Assembly (NCBI GenBank): GCA_024408075.1
Contig: JAKSVK010000002.1
Location: forward strand, 19,676-83,675
Direction of reading: 5' to 3'
Length of the DNA: 64,000 bases
From: Bacilli bacterium
GTDB lineage: Bacteria > Bacillota_I > Bacilli_A > RFN20 > CAG-826
Of the stretch, positions 22,878 through 30,479 are shown one piece after another. The first letter of the stretch is position 1. The number at the start of each line of letters is the position of its first letter. The notes below the pieces were generated by a model, which was not told the origin of the DNA, ran no database searches, and worked only from the letters and a program-made list of their open reading frames with translations. The position numbers and the translations under genes are program-made.

Positions 22878-24044
22878 AGATTCAATAATCTTATTAGTAA
22901 CTTCTTCGACAGAAAAATGACTTTGATAATATTGAGAATTCATTTTGCCAAACTGTGCTTTTGCTGCTTCACTCATATTATCGATTGCTAAGATAGCATC
23001 TTTAATTGACTCAGGATTTTCGTCTGCAAGCACAGCACCACCAGCTTCATTTAAAATTTTACGACCATCACCTTTTAGCACGCCAATAATTGGCTTTCCA
23101 AATGCTAAGGCCATCATCAATTTATTTGGTATCGTTTTTCCAACAACGCCATCATCCTTCAAAGAAACATAAATAGCATCAGCGCTTTTAAAATAGGAAG
23201 CAGCCCTACTAGCAGCCATTGGTCCATAATAAATAATGTGCTCTCTTAACCCACTATTTTCAATATCTTTAATTAATTTATCAGTTAATGGACCCATACC
23301 AATTACATGAAAATATATTTTTTTATCTTTCAATAATTTCATTGTTTCTGGGATTAAATCAATCAACTGAATCAAGCCTAAATTACCGCAAAAAAGAATA
23401 TTTGTTCCTTCTTGATATTTGTAAGGGGTCACATCAGTATTTGTTACTAAAGCACATTGAGGAACAAACTCTAAATTTGTTGTTGGTAATTTTAAAACTT
23501 TCTCAAAATACTCTGCAAAACTTGGAGAACCTATAAGAATTTTGTCTGCTTTTTTGTAAATTGATCTAGACCATTTATAAAGTAGTTTGTATGCCAATGA
23601 TGACTTTCGAACAGCTTTAGTTACTAATACACTTTCAGGCCATAGATCTACACAATGAATAATGTGTTTTACATGATGTTTTTTCTTATACAAATTACCT
23701 GCACAACAAATAGTAACAGGAGATAAGCTCATTGAATAAACAACATCATATTCTGTTTTACAATGTCTAACCCACTTTTTAGAATTCTTCCAAAACGAAA
23801 GATAATTCTTAATAATAGAAAATCTAGTCTTTTTTCTAGCACATAAATTAACTCGATGAACATTCACACCATTAATAACTTGCTCTTTAATGTGAATATA
23901 TTCAGGAAGAATATGATTGTATCCATAATTTGGTTTGCCAGTTAAAACATCAACATCGTGGCCACATTTTACAAGTTGTTCAGCAATATTAGTAACAACG
24001 AAATTTTCAGGGTAGTAAAACTGACAAATTACTAAAATTTTCAT
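22869..24044 (-). CDS. glycosyltransferase family 4 (WcaI/WbuB-like)
   Basis: 391 aa with the N-terminus MKILVICQFYYPE...LTGKPNY, typical of this subgroup. Confidence 0.75.
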   Translation of the reverse strand: MKILVICQFYYPENFVVTNIAEQLVKCGHDVDVLTGKPNYGYNHILPEYIHIKEQVINGVNVHRVNLCARKKTRFSIIKNYLSFWKNSKKWVRHCKTEYDVVYSMSLSPVTICCAGNLYKKKHHVKHIIHCVDLWPESVLVTKAVRKSSLAYKLLYKWSRSIYKKADKILIGSPSFAEYFEKVLKLPTTNLEFVPQCALVTNTDVTPYKYQEGTNILFCGNLGLIQLIDLIPETMKLLKDKKIYFHVIGMGPLTDKLIKDIENSGLREHIIYYGPMAASRAASYFKSADAIYVSLKDDGVVGKTIPNKLMMALAFGKPIIGVLKGDGRKILNEAGGAVLADENPESIKDAILAIDNMSEAAKAQFGKMNSQYYQSHFSVEEVTNKIIESLK

Positions 24045-24135
24045 ATCGATATAATAACAAAAAAGATATTAAAGATAAATAACTACCATTTTGAAATTAT
24101 TTCAAAAAAAACAATTATTAAATATAATATAAGAC

Positions 24136-25653
24136 GTGGAAGACAAAACAAGAACTAATGTAATTGTAAATATTGTTAGAACTTTAGTTTTAACAATTTT
24201 ATCTTTTATAACATTCCCTTGGGTCTGTAGATATTTAGGATCGAATGCTGTTGGAGCATATACTTGGGCTAATACTTTCGTATATTATTTTTTAATTTTG
24301 GCAAAGATTGGTATTCCTAATTTGGCTATTAGAGAGTGTGTAAAAGTTAGAAACGATAAAGAAAAATTGTCCAATAAAGTACAAACATTCTTTATTATCC
24401 AATTAATCACCACTGCAATTTCATTTGCTTTAATGACTGCTCTTGTTTTTTCAGTCTCTCAATTTAGAGATTCTAGCCAATTAATATTCATATTGTCTTT
24501 AAACTTTTTAGCTGGAGCATTTTCATTTGAATGGTTATTTATCGCACTAGAAAAACAATTCTATATGTGTGTTAGAAGCATCATTGTTTTAACTCTTTCT
24601 GCAGTTTTAATTATTGTCTTCGTTTCAAATCCATCAGATATTTATATTTACTCATTAGTAACGATTTCAGTCACTGTATTAACAACAATTGCTAACCTTG
24701 TTTACTCTAGAAAATTTATTTCATATAAGAAAACTATGCCTTATGAAATAAAGCCATTAATAAAACCATTGCTTGTCATTGGAGCAATTTCATTAACAAT
24801 TGCCTTCTATAACCAAACTGATACTTTAATTTTAGGTTTTATTGATGAGACAAAAAAAGAAGTAGCAAGTTACTCTGTAGGTATTAAAGGAATAGATATT
24901 ATTATTGGAATCATCACTGCTTTATCGACAGTATTTATTCCAAGAGCTGCAATATGTTATTCAGTTGAAGACAAAAAATACTTTAATAGATTAAATGCTT
25001 ATTCAATGAACATTTGTTTATTTATTGTTTTACCAGCAATAGCTACGATGACAACTCTTTCCAAGCCTATTACTGGTCTCATCTCTGGAAACTTCTCTGG
25101 AGATCCTTCATTAGGATATATAAATGCACCATTAGTATTAACTATTCTTTCATTAATGATGCTTACATATACAATCAGTGACATTATTTATGGACAAATA
25201 CTATTGCCTACTAAACGTGAAAATTACTATTTATATGCAATATTAGCTGGTTCAGTTCTTAATGTTGTTTTCTCAATTGTTCTTGGAAAATATGTGTTTA
25301 AAAATAATCCTTCTATAGGAGTAGCAATGGGAACTACATTAACTGACCTTTGTATTGTTATCTTTATGATTGCTACATCATGGAAATGGGTCAAGAAAGC
25401 TATATTTAATAACAACACAATTAAATTAGTTGTAGCTGCCTTACTTGTTCTTGGACTATCAATATTAATTAGAAATCCAATCCTTAACTTAACTTATTCT
25501 ATAACTCATTCTTTATCTACAGCAATGACAATTGAGCTTATAGGTGTTGTTCTTATTGATGCAGTTTTGTATATAGGCTCATTATTAATAATGAAAGAAG
25601 ACTTAGTCTCTTCTATCTTTCTTAGAAAGAAGAAAATAATTGATGAGAAATAA
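24136..25653 (+). CDS. Wzx-type oligosaccharide flippase (MOP superfamily)
   Basis: 505 aa with about 12-14 TM helices. The only possible start is GTG 24136, because an in-frame TAA lies 6 nt upstream. Confidence 0.7.
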   Translation: MEDKTRTNVIVNIVRTLVLTILSFITFPWVCRYLGSNAVGAYTWANTFVYYFLILAKIGIPNLAIRECVKVRNDKEKLSNKVQTFFIIQLITTAISFALMTALVFSVSQFRDSSQLIFILSLNFLAGAFSFEWLFIALEKQFYMCVRSIIVLTLSAVLIIVFVSNPSDIYIYSLVTISVTVLTTIANLVYSRKFISYKKTMPYEIKPLIKPLLVIGAISLTIAFYNQTDTLILGFIDETKKEVASYSVGIKGIDIIIGIITALSTVFIPRAAICYSVEDKKYFNRLNAYSMNICLFIVLPAIATMTTLSKPITGLISGNFSGDPSLGYINAPLVLTILSLMMLTYTISDIIYGQILLPTKRENYYLYAILAGSVLNVVFSIVLGKYVFKNNPSIGVAMGTTLTDLCIVIFMIATSWKWVKKAIFNNNTIKLVVAALLVLGLSILIRNPILNLTYSITHSLSTAMTIELIGVVLIDAVLYIGSLLIMKEDLVSSIFLRKKKIIDEK

Positions 25654-26551
25654 AAATCTTAAAGAAAATAAATTTAAACGTTTTATTGCAGTCACATTAC
25701 GTGGCTCTATTAAACTTGTTTCTAAGAAAAAATATATTGAGCTCCAATATAAATACATTACTCATCACAAGTTACATTTTAATAATCCAGTCAGATATAC
25801 TGAAAAGCTCCAATATTTAAGATACTATGTATATCCAAAAATGCCTCTTGTTAGTAAATGTGCTGAAAGAGTTGGCGTTAGGGATTTTCTAATAGAAAAT
25901 AATCTTGAAGAATACTTAATTCCAGTTATTGGAATATATGATAAGTTTGATGATATTGATTTTGATAAACTTCCAAATCAATTTGCAATGAAATGTTCTC
26001 ATGGATGTGCCATGAATTATATTTGTTTTGATAAAACCAAAATAAATAAACAAGAGTTAAGAAAAAAGTTTAACAAATATCTAAAAACAAACTACGGCAA
26101 AAAAACTGTAGAGCTACATTATTCACCTATAAAACCTCAAATTATTATTGAACAACTTATGCTTCAAGATGGTCACCTTCCAGATGAATATAAAATCCAT
26201 TGTTTTAATGGAAAAGCTAAAAATTTGTACCTAGTTACTGGAAGAGGAAATGATATTAGATATACGAACATGTATATTGATTGGACACCATTTGATGGAT
26301 CACAATTTAATGGTTGGAAGAAGCTTGATTATATGCCTGAAAAACCTGGAAATTTTTCAGAAATGATAAAAATAAGTGAACTTTTGTCAGCAAAATTCCC
26401 ATTTGTTCGTGTTGATCTATATAACATCAATGGAAAAATTTATTTTAGTGAAATGACATTTACTCCAGCAAAAGGAACATTGATTCTTGATGATGATCAA
26501 TGCGACTTTGAAATGGGTAAATGGTTAAATATTAAAAATTATTTAAATTAG
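25643..26551 (+). CDS. TupA-like ATP-grasp protein (teichuronopeptide-type glycan modification)
   Basis: Contains the family-typical blocks NPVRYTEKLQYLR, FAMKCSHGC, YKIHCFNGK and VRVDLY...YFSEMTFTP. ATG 25643 lies one codon inside the track ORF. Confidence 0.65.
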   Translation: MRNKNLKENKFKRFIAVTLRGSIKLVSKKKYIELQYKYITHHKLHFNNPVRYTEKLQYLRYYVYPKMPLVSKCAERVGVRDFLIENNLEEYLIPVIGIYDKFDDIDFDKLPNQFAMKCSHGCAMNYICFDKTKINKQELRKKFNKYLKTNYGKKTVELHYSPIKPQIIIEQLMLQDGHLPDEYKIHCFNGKAKNLYLVTGRGNDIRYTNMYIDWTPFDGSQFNGWKKLDYMPEKPGNFSEMIKISELLSAKFPFVRVDLYNINGKIYFSEMTFTPAKGTLILDDDQCDFEMGKWLNIKNYLN

Positions 26552-27414
26552 TTCCAACTTGTGTAAGGAAGGAACATTTCATATAAGAACAAAGCATAAT
26601 CTAAGGACTCAGGAACACCTGGAACACCTTTATTATGATTAATTAATTCATCATCAACTGTATATGTAATTGAGAAGCCAACCATTCTGGATAAATTTTC
26701 GTTCTTTAAATCAAAAGCAAAGAATATATAATGACTTCCATTATTTGTATCTTTATTTTGAATACTTGCTGTATAAGAATTTCTCACAAGTTCATTAGCA
26801 GCATTTTTTGTATATAAACTAATTGTTAAGTCAATGACTGAATTATGATATAAGCTTGATTCACCATCACCTGCTGTTGGATTATTATGTACTCTAACAT
26901 TTTCAGGTCCTGATTCATCCATTCTTAAGCAAGGAAGTTTACTATCGGTTGTAGATTTAAATTGCAAAGCAAAGTATGAAAGTTCAGAACTTTCTTTTTC
27001 AAATGATCCAGAAAATCCATTTTCATCAATTTGAATTCTAGATAATTGGAAATATCCACCACAAACAATTTGGCCATCGAATAACTTAGATTGATAACCG
27101 TAATTAAATTGTTTATCTATATTATTCATTTTGTATTCTTTAGCATAGTCAATTTCATCATACATATCAGGTTTAGTAATCATACGAGCATCATACTTGT
27201 ATAAATCATTAAATGATGTAATAAATTCATCTTCTCCTAATCTCTTTTCAACACCTTTTTTAGCATTTTTATATGTTGGGTCCCAGTACTTATAATAATT
27301 TTCCTTATATATAGGAGAATTGTATTTGTTTCCTTCAACTAAATAAGATAATGAATATCCACAACTAGAAACAGCAATTAATGGAAGAAATATTAATAAT
27401 TTTTTAAGTTTCAT
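26548..27414 (-). CDS. lipoprotein, unknown function
   Basis: Signal peptide with lipobox AVSSC. The start overlaps the upstream stop (ATGA). Confidence 0.55.
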   Translation of the reverse strand: MKLKKLLIFLPLIAVSSCGYSLSYLVEGNKYNSPIYKENYYKYWDPTYKNAKKGVEKRLGEDEFITSFNDLYKYDARMITKPDMYDEIDYAKEYKMNNIDKQFNYGYQSKLFDGQIVCGGYFQLSRIQIDENGFSGSFEKESSELSYFALQFKSTTDSKLPCLRMDESGPENVRVHNNPTAGDGESSLYHNSVIDLTISLYTKNAANELVRNSYTASIQNKDTNNGSHYIFFAFDLKNENLSRMVGFSITYTVDDELINHNKGVPGVPESLDYALFLYEMFLPYTSWN

Positions 27415-28784
27415 AATCTACCTCCATTACTATTTGTTCCTCTAGCGTTCATATAAAACAAAATTAAGACAACAATCATAAATGGTCCAGTCATATAAAT
27501 TGGTGAATAAATTTGATGGAAGATTCCATATTCACCTTCATAGAAGAATAAACACATAAATGCAAAGAAAATAACAAATGCAAGTAAGGCTAAGAAATAA
27601 CGCTTTTCTTTCATTTCTAAATATTTATTTTTAGCAAATCCTTTAAACCCAAAGAAGAATAATGAAACAAGCATTATTACTCCAATAAATCCTGAAGTCA
27701 TAAAGCTATCAAAGAATGCTGAACCAGTAAGGTGAATTTCAATTGTATCCCAAGGAGTAATTTGTTCAGCACAGAATCCAAAGATTCTTTGTGAAGTGAA
27801 AATATCTCTTATTCCTTCGTTATATCTTCTTACAATCCTATTTGTATTTAATAATTTATTTAATAAACTGCTTTTAGAAATTGCATTTGCAACTGATGGA
27901 ACATTCTTATTTAAGATCATCACAAGTACAACGATTAATGCTAAGGCAAGTCCAACATACATGATAATTTTAGGCCATTTATGTCTGCCTATTTCAAATT
28001 TGTTATATAAGTAAATAATTAAGATAATTAATCCCACTGCTATAGCAAATACTAGTCCAATTAAAGAAGGAACAAATAATAAAGCTAAAATACCTAAAAC
28101 AATAAATCCTACATAAGTTAAGAATATTGTTTTGTTCTCTTTATATTTGGTATAAATAAGAGCAATCCCACTAGTAAGTAACATCGCAGGATACATTGCG
28201 TAATGAGACATTTTAACTTCAATGAATTGGAAGCCTTCAAGAGCATATGCTAATTGGCTAACTTCAACTTCACTTCGTTTGCCTCCATAATACATATAAT
28301 ATCCTTTATATTTTAAGGAATAGAACCAACCGAAGTTGATTAAATTTATTAATAAATTAATAAATACTAATAAAGCTAAAGCAGAAAACATTACTAATAC
28401 AAAGGTAGATAATTTGAATGTCTTATTCTTAGCTAGAATATTTCCACATAGAGCAATAGAAAGTAATCCTAATGGAATAAAAATAAGTTGGCCAATATTA
28501 AAATCATTAATACGTAAATGACCAACTGAGTAATTACTTAAAGCAGTTAATAAAACAAATAACATCAATGGGAAAAATAACTTGATTGAAGACATAAACC
28601 CATCAACTTTTAATTCATTAAAAGAAAGTAAGGCAAGTAAAAGAAGTAATACAAGACTCAGAATTCCAAAAAATAAGAAACTATTTCCAAATGAAAAAAT
28701 AATAAATGCAAATACTTCAATAGCTAGAAATGAACCTAGTATTGCATAATTTGATAGTTTTGCTAACTTTTCTTTTAATTTCAT
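27411..28784 (-). CDS. polytopic membrane protein, possible O-antigen polymerase/ligase (Wzy/WaaL-like)
   Basis: 457 aa with at least 10 TM helices, located in a glycan locus that otherwise lacks a polymerase. The assignment rests on context only. Confidence 0.35.
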   Translation of the reverse strand: MKLKEKLAKLSNYAILGSFLAIEVFAFIIFSFGNSFLFFGILSLVLLLLLALLSFNELKVDGFMSSIKLFFPLMLFVLLTALSNYSVGHLRINDFNIGQLIFIPLGLLSIALCGNILAKNKTFKLSTFVLVMFSALALLVFINLLINLINFGWFYSLKYKGYYMYYGGKRSEVEVSQLAYALEGFQFIEVKMSHYAMYPAMLLTSGIALIYTKYKENKTIFLTYVGFIVLGILALLFVPSLIGLVFAIAVGLIILIIYLYNKFEIGRHKWPKIIMYVGLALALIVVLVMILNKNVPSVANAISKSSLLNKLLNTNRIVRRYNEGIRDIFTSQRIFGFCAEQITPWDTIEIHLTGSAFFDSFMTSGFIGVIMLVSLFFFGFKGFAKNKYLEMKEKRYFLALLAFVIFFAFMCLFFYEGEYGIFHQIYSPIYMTGPFMIVVLILFYMNARGTNSNGGRL

Positions 28785-28803
28785 TTACTTATATATTATA
28801 TAC

Positions 28804-28828
28804 AAAAAATAACGAGGAAATACTCGTT
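28804..28828 (-). terminator. Rho-independent terminator
   Basis: Stem AACGAG/CTCGTT (28811-28816 / 28823-28828), with a T-run on the minus strand (forward A-run 28804-28809). Confidence 0.5.
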
Positions 28829-28853
28829 ATTTATTTATCTTATTTCTGAATAA

Positions 28854-28985
28854 TTATTTTTCAGTTGAATAATCATTAAAGTAATCTTCATCTAGATCAT
28901 AAGATTCTCTACATTCTTCAATAACTTCAAGAATCTCAATTGTTTCTTCGTCAGCAATGTTTTCTTTGTTTCTTGGATCTAACAT
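28854..28985 (-). CDS. 43-aa acidic protein, unknown function
   Basis: Own translation: MLDPRNKENIADEETIEILEVIEECRESYDLDEDYFNDYSTEK. GGGAG lies about 9 nt before the ATG, and the gene has its own terminator downstream. It is not in the ORF track, presumably because it is short. Confidence 0.45.
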   Translation of the reverse strand: MLDPRNKENIADEETIEILEVIEECRESYDLDEDYFNDYSTEK

Positions 28986-29096
28986 AATAATTACTCCCTA
29001 ATGATGTATAACTTGCTAAAAGATTACCATTTATATTTATATAACTCAATCTAAATTTCAATATGATTGGACACTGTCCAGTTTACTTAAAAATAG

Positions 29097-29945
29097 TTAG
29101 ATTTTACCACCGTCGTTAATGAACAAAATTCCAATACATTTAGGTCCACAATGAGAAGAAATTGTTCCCCCAGCGATAGTTACATATATTTTTTTAAATC
29201 CTTTTTCTTTTAATTTATTTTTACAAAGTTCAATCATTTCATCAGTTGCGTGTGAATGAGTAACAAACCCAACTGACAAATCTGGGTTAGCAAATTCTCT
29301 TAATGTATCGTTACAATATTCTTCAACACAAGAAAGTTGTTTGCCCATATATTTACCACCGGGATTCATTTTCCCATCTTTAACAACAATTTGAGGTCTC
29401 AGCCTTAAAAGCTGAGCTCCTAATTTCGCTAAAGAACTACATCTGCCTCCCTTATGAAGATAATCAAGTGTAGAAACAACAAAGCTTGCTTGAACAAAAG
29501 GAATTCTCTTTTTAACAAGTTCAACAATCTCATCAGCATTTTTTCCTTCTTTTACTAAGTTAGAAGCATAAATAGCAAGTAATCCAATTCCTGTCGATAA
29601 ACTTCTTGAATCAATCACATGAACATGTTTATTCTCTTCAGCAACTAGTCTTGCATTATTATAAGCAGAAGATAATTCGCTACATAAAGAGATGTGAATA
29701 ACTTCATCATAATCTTTTAATAATTTATTAAAATGCTCTTCGTATTGAGCAGAGTTAACTGCACTTGTTTTAGGTAATGTGCCAGTCATATCTACATAAT
29801 CAAATATTTCAGTCGTGTCCATGTCTCCATCTTTGTAAGTTTTATCTCCGAGAAGAATAGAGAATGAGCAAGTTTTAATGTTATATTCGTCTAAAATTTC
29901 TTTGCTTAAATCAACAGTTGATTCAGCACTAATACAAATTTTCAT
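29097..29945 (-). CDS. DegV-family fatty-acid-binding protein
   Basis: 282 aa, DegV-like throughout. GGAGG precedes the ATG. Confidence 0.85.
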   Translation of the reverse strand: MKICISAESTVDLSKEILDEYNIKTCSFSILLGDKTYKDGDMDTTEIFDYVDMTGTLPKTSAVNSAQYEEHFNKLLKDYDEVIHISLCSELSSAYNNARLVAEENKHVHVIDSRSLSTGIGLLAIYASNLVKEGKNADEIVELVKKRIPFVQASFVVSTLDYLHKGGRCSSLAKLGAQLLRLRPQIVVKDGKMNPGGKYMGKQLSCVEEYCNDTLREFANPDLSVGFVTHSHATDEMIELCKNKLKEKGFKKIYVTIAGGTISSHCGPKCIGILFINDGGKI

Positions 29946-29983
29946 AGGATTTCCTCCGTTTTTTATATTATCAAATAATTAAT

Positions 29984-30012
29984 AAAATTAAAAGACTAGC
30001 AACTGCTAGTCT
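29984..30012 (-). terminator. terminator of ssrA
   Basis: Palindrome AGACTAGC-aact-GCTAGTCT (29993-30012), followed on the minus strand by a T-rich run. Confidence 0.6.
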
Positions 30013-30022
30013 AATATCCATC

Positions 30023-30411
30023 TGGTGGAGTCGGTGGTATCGAAACCACGTCCGAATAGGGCCATACAACAACTTCTACAGCTTAGTCATATGTTTATTA
30101 TTAACTATAAGAGAAGATATGAGTACTCTTTATAGCGAGATTAACAGGGCTTCGCGATAAATTAACTAATCAACTTTTTACCACTAGTCTTTTGGTATGA
30201 CACCTTTTCCAAGCGTGAAAGACTAAAACCTTGGAAAGATGCTCTGTTCTAACTAAAGAGTTAGATCCCTATGTCGGGTAGACTATGCTAAGCAGAGAGA
30301 TTGAGCTCTAGGAGCTCTGAATAAACTGTTGCCAGTTATTAATTTTGGTTTAAGGTTACCAACCGCTGCAGTTATTGCCCTGCCACAGTCCGTCGAATCC
30401 TTTTCGACCCC
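30023..30411 (-). ncRNA. ssrA: tmRNA (SsrA)
   Basis: On the reverse strand the 5' end is GGGGTCGAAAAGGATTCGACGG and the 3' end is GGACGTGGTTTCGATACCACCGACTCCACCA, giving the tRNA-like acceptor and T-arm. A tentative tag frame at 30333-30283 reads GNSLFRAPRAQSLCLA-stop. Confidence 0.9.
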
Positions 30412-30479
30412 ATGTGCTGAATTATATTAACACAATCTATATATAAATAGAAAGAAAACTCTAAGAATTTTCTTATTTT

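Noticed and set aside
24104-24111. A8 tract in the spacer of the promoter between the divergent glycan genes. It could act as a slipped-strand phase-variation switch, as for poly(A) promoter tracts of some Mycoplasma surface genes.
   Set aside because: Eight A residues is short and common in this AT-rich genome; A7/T7 runs occur at many places, including coding regions. Without population-level length variation there is no support.
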